Under the pieces are notes generated by a model. That model made no database searches and had not been told where the DNA came from. It saw nothing but the letters and a program-made list of their open reading frames with translations. This document shows, in pieces, positions 24,651-37,064 of a stretch of DNA of 64,000 bases (its first letter is position 1; the number at the start of each line of letters is the position of its first letter). The translations under genes and the position numbers were made by a program. This stretch comes from Octopus sinensis (Eukaryota), in assembly GCF_006345805.1 (NCBI RefSeq), contig NC_042998.1, positions 151,032,001-151,096,000 on the forward strand, written 5' to 3'.

Positions 24651-25339
24651 AATAGTGAAACTATTAAAACTAAAGTATTATCTCACGTTACAATAGATAT
24701 GTTAGTGTTTCATTTTTGACACGTAATACTAAAACAGTGTAAGACATAAGAGATTGCTCCGGGCTCGCATTAGGCAAGAATTTGAAAATTTATTTTGCCC
24801 CATGACACTAAATGGGCCCTAAGTAAGGGAGTAGTAAAAATTGGTTGGGTAGTTCTCGAGTTTTCGTGATGCACACATACAGAAGGATCTCAAACTATAT
24901 TTGATTTGCTTTTCGCAGGAAGGAAAGTTTCTTTCGAAGATACGCCTCGCCTTCACCTTCGAAACGTAGAGTAGATGAAACCATGGCACTGAAGAGGGGG
25001 TTTTTTCCTTGTGTTATTTGTCCTGTACACTATTTTTTTGTTGTTGTTTAAGAAAAATGTCCATGTCCATGTGTCTATGTTTTCGTTTCTCATTGTGTTC
25101 GACGTTTTTTTGGTGTCCTGTACTCATATATGCGTGTATATATACATGTAGAGGTAGGTACGTACATATATGTATATATATATGCATATGTTTTATTTAT
25201 TAATATATATATATATATATGCATGCAAGCATACATACATAAATGCATACATACATACATACATACATACATACATACATAAATGCATACACACATACAT
25301 ACATACATACATACATACATACATACATACATACATACA

Positions 25340-25370
<31 letters not shown>

Positions 25371-25590
25371 CTATTATCTTTTACTTGTTTCTGTCATTAG
25401 AGTGCGGCCGTTGTGGGGCACCACCTTGCAGAATTAAATATCTTTTTTTTTTTAGCTTGTTATTTATTCTATCAGTTTCTTTTGCTGAATCCCTAAGTTT
25501 CGAGTATGTAAGCATACCGACACATGCTGTCAAGCCATGGTGGAACAGACACGCTCATACGTCTATATATACGTATATATGTATATACAT

Positions 25591-25780
25591 ATACTTTATA
25601 ATTAGGTTCAGCAAAGATTTGCTTTACCACACGGTATGTGGTAAAGCAAATCTTTGCTGAACCCTAATTATAAAGTATTACTTAAGTTTACCGAGAATTG
25701 GACCTTTTTCATGCCGAATTCTACTTGGTGAAATTATTGATTACTAGTTAATTAATAATTTTACCCTTTGTTATTATTGT
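25591..25780. repeat. Short fold-back insert (~40 bp arms, 25591-25678) ending ...ttttaccctttgttattatt before (TA)n
   Basis: atactttataattaggttcagcaaagatttgctttaccac / gtggtaaagcaaatctttgctgaaccctaattataaagtat. The terminus resembles 40880-41015. Confidence 0.75.
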
Positions 25781-25831
25781 ATATATATTATATATAATAT
25801 ATATATATATATATCTATATATATATATATA

Positions 25832-25877
<46 letters not shown>

Positions 25878-25960
25878 CATATGCATATACATATATATAT
25901 ACATATATCTATATATACATATGTATTAGTATAATATATATATATATATATAATATATAT

Positions 25961-26000
<40 letters not shown>

Positions 26001-26100
26001 TATATATATATATTATTTATAATAAGATTAGCTCGTATACGAGTGGGTATATATTTGTAAAAAATGAAGTTTGAAAATGCCGCTATATTAGACAAATTTT

Positions 26101-26148
26101 AATTTAACATGTTTCGGTTCTTGAAATAACGAACCTTATCAAAAAATT
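26101..26148 (-). ncRNA. Minimal hammerhead ribozyme with compensatory U3-A8 core
   Basis: AAUUUU-UUGAUAA-GGUUC(GUUAUUUCAA)GAACC-GAAACAUGUU-AAAUU, with palindromic ACAUGU stem III. Confidence 0.7.
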
Positions 26149-26167
26149 TTTTTTTATATATAATAAA

Positions 26168-26352
26168 GAGAGTCCATGCTATATGTTTAAAGAGTATGAT
26201 GTAATAGTTCATAATTGTGACATACATTCAATAGAGTCAAATATAAAAAATTCATATATAATAATGAGAGTCCATGCTATATGTTTAAAGAGTATGATGT
26301 AATAGTTCATAATTGTGACATACATTCAATAGAGTCAAATATAAAAAATTCA
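26168..26352. repeat. Tandem duplication, ~98 bp period, in the PLE 3' region
   Basis: gagagtccatgctatatgtttaaagagtatgatg... at 26168 and 26266. Confidence 0.9.
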
Positions 26353-26574
26353 TGTTCTTGAAAAGGCGAGGAGTTCATTATAGATTTTACCTTGTGTTCC
26401 AATGGGAGCAACAGTAATGGTTTTTGGTCGGTGTCTGCTGGCATAATTTTGGTAAATTTTGTGATAGTTGGATTTATATCAGCTAAGCTGTGGTCACTTG
26501 CACTGTTCACTGACGTCATATAGTTCCAAACCAATCAAAACCCAGCCTCAACGAATATAGTGAAAAGACTCCTA

Positions 26575-26877
26575 ACTGTATCCTGTTAGGAAACCAACCA
26601 AGCGGAACGACAAGTTTGGCCACGGAAGAAAAACGTCATCAATTTTTTGACGAATCGAAATTAGATCTGACCCATGACTGAATCCTGTTAGGTGGCTAGC
26701 CTAGCAGAACGAGTAGTTTGACCACGGAAGAAAAACGTCATCAATGTTTTGACGAATCAGAATCGGGTCTGACCCATAGCTGTATCGTGTGAGGAAACCG
26801 ACCAAGCAGGGTGACAATAGCTTGACCACTGAGGTAACACGTCATCAATTTTTTGACGAATCAGAATTAGATCTGCT
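26575..26877. repeat. Three diverged ~102 bp tandem repeats in the PLE 3' region
   Basis: Each unit is tcctgttagg...ccacggaagaaaaacgtcatcaatttttgacgaatc..agatctg. Confidence 0.85.
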
Positions 26878-27114
26878 CGCAGAGAAAGAAATCTTTTTAT
26901 AAATTTTTCCTTCCCTAAGACATATCACTGTAAGCGTGAGTGACTGTTTAAGGATCTGAGAAATTGTAATTCGCCCCACCTCCATTATTATAATTCTCTC
27001 ACTGTGGCCGTAGCAACAGTGACCACGGTGGTTGTAGTAGTAGTGCGAGTTAGGGCAGTCGTAGTGGTTGTGGTAGAATTTCGTTTTTCTTTTTCGGAGG
27101 ACCAATGTTTTGTT

Positions 27115-27485
27115 TTAATATTCCTGGCCCAGGGTGTTCAAACTTGGTCTAAATTTTTTGATGAAATAAAGTTCTTTATTTTGGCGTTGCGTGAAGGTTA
27201 CGCTGTCACTGAATTTATAAAGTGGGTAAGTTGTAAATTTCGGATTTAAATTTGCAACACATCTATCTATGTGTTCGCTGAGCGGTATTTTCCGGTATTC
27301 AGGGTTTCTAATTTGTGATTTATGCACCGCCATCCTGTTACGTAAGCTATTTTTTGTATGGCCTATATACTGTCTATTGCAGCCTGCGCATGTTAAGACG
27401 TAAATTAAGTTTTCTGATGCACAGGTGAAGTTTGGTCTAATGGTGAACTGATGGCCTTGTTCTAGTATAAATTCTGAACCTTCTA
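27115..27485 (-). pseudogene. PLE GIY-YIG endonuclease domain (open frame, 5'-truncated)
   Basis: LIY..C..C..YIG.T..R..H..H..E..N motif order is complete. The N-terminal part of the listed ORF is (TA)n read-through. Confidence 0.85.
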
Positions 27486-27766
27486 TATAAATATATATAT
27501 ATATATTATATATATATATATAATATATGTATACACACATATATATATATATACATATATATACATATATATGTGTAAGCGGAGTAGACGAAACAGGACA
27601 ACTGAAGGGGAATATTCCTTGTGTCGTATGTCTTGTACTCTTGAAAAAAGGTTCGTTTCCATGATTTTGTTTTGATGTTTTCGTTTCTCATTGTGTTCAA
27701 GGTTTTTTTGGGGTGTCCTGTATCCATATATGCATGTAATATATACAAATAGATGTAGGTATGTGC

Positions 27767-27822
<56 letters not shown>

Positions 27823-27943
27823 TATGTTTATACATTATGTTATCATATAAAATATATATATATATATATATATATGACCACGTGCGTACCGTTGACGATT
27901 TTTTTCCTCCATCTTCCCTTCTATTGATCTTTCCTTTTCCTGT

Positions 27944-27978
27944 GTTTCTGACGAAGAGCTCCGCTCGAAACGTCAAAC
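27944..27978 (+). ncRNA. Minimal type I hammerhead ribozyme, canonical core
   Basis: GUUU-CUGACGA-A-GAGC(UCC)GCUC-GAAACGUC-AAAC. It differs from the 2672 copy only at N7, loop II and H17. Confidence 0.8.
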
Positions 27979-28089
27979 CCTCCTTCTTTACTTTCTTCCT
28001 GAGCGTCCAATAATACTATATTTGTTCCACGTCCTCGCGTTGTTGTGTTTTCTCTTTGTGTTTTCATGTTTGGATTAACTTTATATATA

Positions 28090-29799
28090 CACTACCGTCA
28101 GAGATTAATTAGCACCCTTGATTTTCTCTTCACTCAAGGTATTTGCTGTCACCTAGTGGCCATATCTCGAACTATTGCTTTGTTGTGAGTTCACTGTTGC
28201 GCAGAACGATGACGTAACCTTGTTTGCAGAGCAGTTTGAGAGTCTACAGCCTAATGATGTTGACATAGCAGTGCAACAACAACTTGGAGTGCGGATGCAG
28301 ACAAATCTTCCTTTGTTTAATAGATATAGGTAGCGCCTCGCAAGGACCGAAATCACATCGTACTAGGTTTTCTCATCGCGTAAGACGTTTTGAACAGCTC
28401 GTAGGTTAATTGATTTGTGTATTTGCAAAATTTTTTTTCCTCACAAATTCTCCTACACTCTGCTTGATGACGTCACTTCTGGTTCACAAAACTTTCTGTT
28501 ATACATCAAATAAGGTGAGAAATTCTGCTTTCTTTCTTTTTTGTGTAATGAATAATAGCTCATAGCAGTTTTGTTATAGCATAACATTATTCAAATGAAT
28601 AGTTTTAATGAAAATAACTGGTTTTTATCGTTCATTCCTAGATGGGCCCAAGACCTTGCATGACCTTGGAGAGACGGTACGAGGCTCTCTCGTGGCGTGG
28701 GAAGCTGTCGGAGGCTGCAATAGCCAGAAAATTTGGTGTAGCCAGGCGCACAATTCAGTGCTTATTTAAGAAATACGAGGAAACCGGATCAGCAGCTGAC
28801 AAAAAGGGTAGGGGTCGGAAGAGACTGACGACCCAGCAGGAGGACCGGATGCTGATCCGAAAGTCGCTGTACAACCGAAGGGCAACGAGCCAGCAACTGG
28901 CGGAGGAGATGCAAAAGATGACAGGGAAGCAGTTGTCTACAACCACCGTCAAGACCAGATTACTGGAGGCTGGTCTAAAATCCTGTAGGGCCGCCCATAA
29001 GCCGCTCCTTACAGCCCAAAACTGGAAGAGGCGGCTGCTCTGGGCCCGTGCCCACAAGACATGGACCGTGCAGCAGTGGTGGACAGTGATGTTCACTGAC
29101 GAGTCGCGATTCAGTCTCGTCAGTGACAAGCTGTCCATGTGCGACGCCGCAGGGGTGAGCGCTTCAACAAAGACTGCATTGCTCTCACCATGAAGCATGG
29201 TGGGGGTGGTCTGATGGTGTGAGGGGCGTTCAGCTACAGTGGTGTTGGGCGGCTCTATGCCGTCGAAGGCAACATCAACGCAGCAAAGTACGTTGAGATA
29301 GTACGGGATACCTCTTTGGTGGCGAGGAGTACGTGCTCCAGCAGGACAACGTGCCTTCCCACACAGCCAAGCTCACAACCGGTTTCTTCAAGGACCATGG
29401 GGTGACGGTCATGGACTGGCCTGGCCAGTCACCTGACCTGAACCCTATTGAGAACCTCTGGAGTCGATTGGGTAGGGATTTGAATGTGCAGCAATACAGG
29501 AACCGACACAAGCTGTTTGGGGCACTTCTTGCTGCATGGAGGGCCATCCCTGCACAGTACCTGCAGGCATTCATAGACAGCATGCCGACCCGCGTAGCAG
29601 CTGTCATTGCTGCCAAAGGAGGAACAACAAGATATTGACTAAATTTCACGATTAATAACAATTATGTGGTGTGCTGGGATATGTTTTAATAAATTTTTGA
29701 TTAAAAACGAGTTCGTTTCTGATAATAAGTTAATTAGATTAAGAAAATGTAAGAAAATGTAGAAATTTGAGAGGTGCTAATTAATTTCCGACGCAAGTG
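28090..29799 (+). mobile_element. Full-length Tc1-like (DD34E) transposon, frameshifted
   Basis: Imperfect TIRs cactaccgtcagagattaattagcacc / ggtgctaattaatttccgacgcaagtg, followed by TA. Confidence 0.93.
28642..29638 (+). pseudogene. Tc1 transposase pseudogene
   Basis: Paired-like HTH with GRKR, KPLLT, VMFTDESRF, KHGGGG.MV*GAF, LQQDNVPSH, WPGQSPDLNPIENLW, SMPTRVAAVIAAKGG.T.Y. Confidence 0.93.
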
Positions 29800-29805
29800 T
29801 ATATT

Positions 29806-29869
29806 TATTTTATTTTATTTTATCTAGTTTCAGCTCACGGGCTGTGGCCATGTTGGGGCACCGCCATTG
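29806..29869 (-). mobile_element. Extreme 3' tail of the CR1-like LINE
   Basis: Reverse complement of 33517-33567 (ggcggtgcccca.catggccacagc..gtgagctgaaactagataaaa). Confidence 0.75.
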
Positions 29870-29888
29870 ATATATACATATATATATA

Positions 29889-29948
<60 letters not shown>

Positions 29949-30020
29949 GATATATATACTATATATATATACATATATATATATAACATATATATATACA
30001 TCCATATATATATATATATA

Positions 30021-30081
<61 letters not shown>

Positions 30082-30367
30082 ATATATATATATTAATTAG
30101 AGATAAAACACTATTAGGCAAATCAAACAGTGAAAAACATAAGCCATACATAAAATTAATTAAAAAATATAAAAGTTAAAAATAAAAAATTATTTAAATA
30201 TTTAAACTTATAAATTTTATATATATATACAAATATATATATATATGTATGTATGTATTTTTTATATTGATATATTATTTTATTTATTAATTTATTAATC
30301 AATTAATTAATTAATTTTTTTATATATATCAAAAGTATTAAAAGTTTAATAAAAGATAAAGAGTAAA

Positions 30368-30462
30368 ACACTACGATTGTTTCATGGCTGTACCAATTCG
30401 AATAACAATAATTTAAATTCAATTAATAATTCGAGTTATGGTTACAGTCAATCTTCAGGTTA
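30368..30462 (-). ncRNA. Hammerhead-like motif with extended stem II, in an AT-rich repeat (30095-30520)
   Basis: CUGAAGA-U-UGACUGUA...UACAGCCA-U-GAAACAAUCGUA. Stem I is weak. The repeat terminus recurs at 33612-33680. Confidence 0.5.
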
Positions 30463-30528
30463 ATTGAAATATTTTAAAAATAATCAGAAATATTTAAACA
30501 ATATCTTTAAGATATAAATATATATATA

Positions 30529-31380
30529 TTAGCTTAAGGTGACCCGCTCTACGCGCAGGTAAGAGTGTGGTTGTTACTTTCTTTTTATCACCACATTCTC
30601 CCTCTTTGTTTCTCTCTCCTTTCTCTCTCACTTACTCTTCCTTACTCTCGGACTCTCTATCTTTCTCTATCTATCTCTCTCCCATTTATAAACAACAAAA
30701 GATCTTGAGTAAGTTGAGAAATAAAATATTTAGAAAGATCAATCATAAATATCAGGCAATGACAACGGAAAGGTCTGCTTCAAGGCAGACAGCAAAACAC
30801 TAACATTTAAAGGCGACAGACGAACTTGCGAGCTGAATAAAAATAAAAAAAATATTGGAAAAAAAAATTGTGAAGGGATGGAATCTGAGGATAGTAGAGT
30901 CACCATGGCTGGCATTTCTTTACGACGGACAGCAACGTAGTGGCAGTTTAACGGCTGGCGTAAAATTTTAAACTTGATGTAAAAGAAAATGTCTAAACAC
31001 CAAGCTTTGAAGTGAGTCTTTCTCACGACAGTAGACTCACCATGGCAAGCATTCAAAACTCCTTCATCATGGACGGCAACACATTGACGATTTAAAGGTT
31101 GTCGCAAATTTTTTAGCTTCATGTTTACAGAGATTTCCTAAACACCTGCTCCTGTAAATTTTAATCCCCTTCAAGCCCCATTTAGATCTCTTTTCACATT
31201 TTGATTCATATAACCCGATTTCATTCGGGTCTACTCGGGCCACATTTTATAAGATGAGGAATTTTGTCCTAGAGGTCACGCCTTTCATTTGAGGAAAAAA
31301 TAGTTGCCATGCAAACTCGCCAACATTTTAAACATAAGTGTGCATATTTTCAGCACAACCGACCACATAATACACACTTA
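30529..31380 (-). mobile_element. Non-autonomous Helitron-like element (3' end)
   Basis: The minus strand ends with hairpin ACCTGCGC-GTA-GAGCGGGT, a short spacer and CTAA (CTRR) followed by T. It shares cctgtaaatttt with the 34 kb and 63 kb family. Confidence 0.55.
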
Positions 31381-31383
31381 TAT

Positions 31384-31461
<78 letters not shown>

Positions 31462-31482
31462 ATATATGTATATATAATACGC

Positions 31483-31531
<49 letters not shown>

Positions 31532-31559
31532 ATGCATTATATATACACATGCATACAAT

Positions 31560-33570
31560 TATTATATATCACTGTACACAAGAGCAAAATCCCCAGAGAG
31601 AGAGAAAATTCTAATGAGACGGCGTACAAAAGTTTCAAATCGTCTAAACAAACAATTTGAAAGCAGTGAAAAGTCCCGCCTGAAAATAAAACAGTTGGAA
31701 ATTGAAAAATGTCTGCAACTCTCCTATGAAAAACAAAGAGCAGACAAAGAAGCCTGGGCTATAGACAACATAAAACCTAAACCCAGAGCTTTCTACAGGT
31801 ATGTCAAAGAAACAGCTACGGTGCACTGTAGGATAGGGCCACTCCTTGAAAAGGATGGCACACTCACAGTAAATCCAATGAGCAATTCAAGAGTATTTTC
31901 AATCCACCCCCAGGGCATTTTCAAGTCAGCAATCCAACTGACTTCTTTTCCATTGCAGATATAAAATCAGACGCAGCGATGATTGATTACATCAATAGAA
32001 AGGAAGACGATGTAATAAAGGCTATTGATGAAATGAAAACAAACTCAGCTACTGGCCCCGATGGATTCCCAGCAATCCTTCTAAAAGTATGTAAGAGAGT
32101 CCTAGCAAGACCACTGCAGTTCCTCTTTCAGAGCTTCCTTGCAGCTGGCAAACTTCCAAGAAAACTGAAGGAAGGTAAAATATGCCCTATTCATAAAGGA
32201 GGTAGCAGAGCGGAGGCCAAGAACTACAGACCTATCTCTCTGACCTCACACATCAGCGAGGTCATGGAACGAATAGTCAGAAGGAAACTAATCACCTTCC
32301 TTGAAGAAAATGACTTGCTGCCTGACACCCAACATGGTTTCCGACCAGGAAGAAGCTGCTTAACTCAGCTCCTACAACACTATGACTGGGTGCTGAAACG
32401 ACTGCTCAACCACTCAAATGTGGAAGTCATATATCTCGACTTTGCAAAGGCCGTTGATAAAGTCGACCATAGAATGATATGTCACAAACTGCGTGATCTT
32501 GGCATAGTTGGAAAATTGGGAGAATGGCTTCATGACTTTCTGAAGGATAGAAGTCAGGTGGTAGTAGCCAATGGGGCCACTTCCATTAACACGCAAACAG
32601 TGAGCGGTGTTCCGCAAGGCACTGTTTTGGGACCACTACTGTTCATAATGGCCCTCACAGACATGCCCTCAGCCACGCAGAGAGCGACGATCACAAGTTA
32701 TGCAGATGATACAAAAGTTTCACAGGCAATACAGAACCCTGAAGACACTAAGCACCTGCAATGTGAGCTGGACAAAATATACAAGTGGGCTGAAAAGAAT
32801 AGCATGCAGTTCAATGCTGAAAAGTTTCAAGCTTTATGCTATCAACATGCAAAACTAAATGCAATGCCCAATAAATACACAATCAGTGCGAGACCTGGGT
32901 ATTTACATGAGTGATGATGCAACCTTTCATGTGCATGTTGCTAAATTGGCAATGAAGTGTAGGCGGCTGACTATTGCTCTCAGCTATGGTCACCATCCAG
33001 CGTCAAGTTAATCACAGAACTTGAGGCGATCCAACGAAGCTACACGGAGAAGATAGCCTCTATGCAGCATATAAGCTATTGGGAAAGTCTCAAGAGATTG
33101 AGACTCTATTCCTTAGAGCGTAGGCGAGAAAGATCTGCCATAATATACATCTGGAAGATCCTAGAAGGACTTGTCCCAAACTTTGGCATCGAGAGTTACA
33201 CAAGTGCCAGAACTGGGCGCCACTGCACAGTGCCAAGGACTCCAAATTTGCCATCAAGATGTAGGACAAGATACTGTGATAGCCTGGGCTTCCGAGGCCC
33301 ACAGCTCTTCAATATCCTCCCGAAGAATCTAAGAGACCTGCATGGGGTGGAAGCAGATGTCTTTAAAATAAAACTGGATCTCTTCTTGTCAGGTGACTCA
33401 GTTGAACCAACTTCACGGCATGAGGTGCAGATGAGGGCAGCTGCATCGAACTCTCTCATGCACCAAATGGCAATTGCTAAAAAGCATTCGTGAAGTAAAA
33501 TCATGTAGCAACACCAAATGGCGGTGCCCCAGCATGGCCACAGCTTGTGAGCTGAAACTAGATAAAATTT
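31560..33570 (+). mobile_element. 5'-truncated CR1/L2-group LINE
   Basis: RT motifs plus a C-terminal L..SLERRR..KI and an intact 3' tail ending gagctgaaactagataaaa. Confidence 0.93.
31979..32914 (+). pseudogene. CR1-like reverse transcriptase (open core, deleted/frameshifted downstream)
   Basis: GPDG, NYRPISLTS, QHGFRPGRSC, YLDFAKAVDKVDH, SGVPQGTVLGPLLF, YADDTK, W...N.MQFN.EK. Confidence 0.92.
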
Positions 33571-33575
33571 ATAAA

Positions 33576-33613
<38 letters not shown>

Positions 33614-33934
33614 TAGAGATAAAACCACTATTAGGCAAATCAAACAGTGGAAAAACATAAACCAAAACATAAAAGTAAAAATATATTATACAAAATATAT
33701 AAAATATAAAATTTAAAAATTTAAATTATTTAAATTTAAAATTAAAATTATTAATTTATATTTATAATTTTTTAAAAATATATATAACTATCAAAAAGTA
33801 TTAAAAAGTTTAATATACATAGATACAGATATATACACTTTGTATATATACATTATATATACATATTTATATATAGAACACACACACACACATATATATA
33901 AATTAACCCAATAAATATCTGATCCATAATATTT

Positions 33935-34382
33935 GTTCTCATGATTGTGTGGTGGTGTTGGCGATGAATGCAGACAGACGTAGAGAGAGAGTGTGTGAAA
34001 GCGCTGTCGAAGGTGGGAGGGGGAATATAGGATGCTGTGAAACGACGTTATAGAGAGAAAGTGAAGGTAAGGGTGGCAGACGCTGTGAAACGACGTTATA
34101 TATAGAAAGTGATGGGAAGGGAGGAAAGAGAGTGAGTGATGGAGGAAGACAGATACATAAAAGAATGAGAGTAGACTTGTCAAAGTGCGTTTTTGGCCCT
34201 AGCAACGACACCTTTTAAGATAGGGATTTCTAACCTAGCCCACTCGCATCCTCACCTCATTTTACATGTCCCTGTAAATTTTGGAGTCAATCCGACGGGG
34301 TCTAGTGGCCTTTAACCCGTTCTCAATGCCAAAACCAGACAAACAAATACACTTTTCGCATTTCAGAATTATAATATAGAGA
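33935..34382 (-). mobile_element. Non-autonomous Helitron-like element, 5' part
   Basis: a|TCTCTATATTATAATTCTG 5' end on the minus strand. Collinear with 63226-63960. Confidence 0.55.
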
Positions 34383-34487
34383 TTGGTAAAAACGGTATGA
34401 TAACCAAAGAAAGAAAGAGACCTCAATATTATATAAATAGAGGAAATTTATCTGTAAAATAATATCTTACAATTATTCAATAGTCAA

Positions 34488-34541
34488 GATAAAACTCTGA
34501 GTTTCGGATGCCGAAGTGGAAATCCATAATCTTCGGTTATC
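34488..34541 (-). ncRNA. Type I hammerhead-like motif (C4 variant)
   Basis: GAUAA-CCGAAGA-uuau-GGAU(12 nt)AUCC-GAAACUCAGAGUU-UUAUC. Same family as the 5281-5458 palindrome. Confidence 0.55.
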
Positions 34542-35183
34542 TGGCCATCTGAAAAAAACACTATGAAAAAATACCATTATATAAAGGGAAATTACTGTGT
34601 TATTCCGCTACAGATAGAACTTGCTTTCTATATTATGTCCAAAAAACTATATATATATATAGAGAGAGATAGATTGATAGATAGACATATAGATATAGAT
34701 AGATAGATAGATAGATATAGATAGATAGATACACACACTCACTCACTCACTCACACACACACATACACACACATACACACACACACGAACACACACAGAT
34801 TCCGTTTCCGTCAACCAAATCCACTAACAACTCATTGGTCGACCCGAAGCCATAGTTGAAGTTACTGAACCCGAAACCATGTGGTTGGGGACAGCAATGC
34901 TTATATAATTTTTATTAATATTCGGCAGAAGCAATAGAGTGACTCAAGGGCAAGGTATTTCATGCAAATACACGAAACTCCTAGCTCTTGAGTCACTCTG
35001 TTCTACCACTTATTAATATGTGTGTGTATATATACACACACATGAATGAGAGTAGGCTCGAAACGTTAAAGACTTTTTCACTTCCCGAGCGTTATACTAA
35101 TACATCTGTTTGTTGTCTACACCACCTGTCTTCGTCTTTTTTTTGTGAAGTCTACCCTATATATATATATATATATATATTTA

Positions 35184-35569
35184 TAGTATATAGTATACAC
35201 ATACACATACTCATGTTTTGAGTTGCATTTTTCCGTCTAGTATCGCCAGACTTGTTCATGCACGCACACACAGACACATGCGCATATGTGTATGTGTGTG
35301 TGTGTGAGTGTGTGTGTACGTGTGTGTGTTTGTGTATATGTGTGTATGCATGTATGCATGTTTTATCTAACTAGCCAGCTCTGTGATTCTCAAAAATTTT
35401 TCACATAGGCGCAGGAGTGGCTGCGTGGTAAGTAGCTTGCTTACCAATCACATAGTTCCGGGTTCAGTCCTACTGCGTGGCACCTTGGGCAGTGTCTTCG
35501 ACTATAGCCTCGAGCCGACCAAAGCCTTGTAAGTGGATTTGGTAGACGGAAACTGAAAGAAGCCCGTCG

Positions 35570-35601
<32 letters not shown>

Positions 35602-35989
35602 TATAAGTATATAGTATACACATACACATACTCATGTTTTGAGTTGCATTTTTCCGTCTAGTATCGCCAGACTTGTTATGCACGCACACACAGACACATG
35701 CGCATATGTGTATGTGTGTGTGTGTGAGTGTGTGTGTACGTGTGTGTGTTTGTGTATATGTGTGTATGCATGTATGCATGTTTTATCTAACTAGCCAGCT
35801 CTGTGATTCTCAACAATTTTTCACATAGGCGCAGGAGTGGCTGCGTGGTAAGTAGCTTGCTTACCAATCACATAGTTCCGGGTTCAGTCCTACTGCGTGG
35901 CACCTTGGGCAAGTGTCTTCGACTATAGCCTCGAGCCGACCAAAGCCTTGTAAGTGGATTTGGTAGACGGAAACTGAAAGAAGCCCGTC

Positions 35990-35995
<6 letters not shown>
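35184..35995. repeat. Tandem duplication, ~420 bp period, including a SINE A head
   Basis: 35184-35575 and 35604-35995 are almost identical, differing mainly by 1-bp indels. Confidence 0.9.
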
Positions 35996-36042
<47 letters not shown>

Positions 36043-36258
36043 GTGTGTGTGTGTGTGTGTGTGTTTGTCCCCCCAACATCGCTTGACAACCGCTGCTAGT
36101 GTGTTTACGTCCCCGTCTCTTAGCGGTTCGAGAGACCGATAGAATAAGTACTAGGTTTACAAAGAATACGTCCTAGGGTCAATTTTCTCGACTCTAGGCG
36201 GTGCTCCAGCATGACCGCAGTCATATGACTGAAGCAAATAAAAGAATAAAAAGAAAAG
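35828..36258 (+). mobile_element. SINE family A, full-length copy
   Basis: ggcgcaggagtggctgcgtggtaag head, internal (TA)n(TG)n, tail ggcggtgctccagcatgaccgcagtc..aaaagaataaaa. Confidence 0.85.
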
Positions 36259-37021
36259 AATCCTTTTGATCCCTATTTTACTATGGTTGAACCCCATAGC
36301 CATTTGATGTTTTGAAAGAATCCTATTACACTTTTATGATCAAATTTTACCTGTTGTATAGGTATAAGCAATTTAGTGCTGATAAATTCTAATAGCAGAA
36401 CCTAATATGGATCCCCAAGGATCATATGGAAGCCGGTTGAGTATCTCAATGGAAAACAATTGAACTCTTAAAACGTAGATAACTAAGACAAGGCGCAGAA
36501 AACTTAAATTTCAAGATTTGGATTCCTTACATTATCGGCACCGGAATTTTGACATGAAAATTCGGTCTCAGTGATATTTTGAATTCAAAGCTGAGATAGA
36601 TATACGCTCAGGAAGCGCGTAAAGTGCCCCACCACCACCACACACACAAAAACAAAAATCAGACACAAATAATTATGTCACTACGAAAGAGATCGGTATC
36701 CATTAAATACACACACACACACACCTTATACATATATATATATATATATATACATTCAAGCGTTCGTACAAACACAAATATATTCATACATATACACATA
36801 CATAGAAGCACGTACATACAGACACGTACATACAAACACATACAGACGCACATACATACATACATAGAAACATACATACAAACATACATATATGCATGTA
36901 TATGAATATATGTTTGTATGCAAATATGCATGTGTGTATACACCTTCATATATATATATTTGCGGGTGTATGTGTGTGAGGTAGAATAGAGAGTGGGGGG
37001 AAGAGGGAGAGAGAGGGGGAA

Positions 37022-37064
<43 letters not shown>

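Larger units (their letters stand above)
26020..27485 (-). mobile_element. 5'-truncated Neptune-like PLE with intact GIY-YIG domain and ~1.1 kb 3' region
   Basis: FTCASENLIYVLTCAGCNRQYIGHTKNSLRNRMAVH..SEHI..KELYFI..PSLN. Flanked by (TA)n. Hammerhead near the 3' end. Confidence 0.88.

Noticed and set aside
26575-26877. CRISPR-like array
   Set aside because: The whole ~102 bp unit is repeated with no unique spacers, the context is a eukaryotic retroelement, and there are no cas genes.
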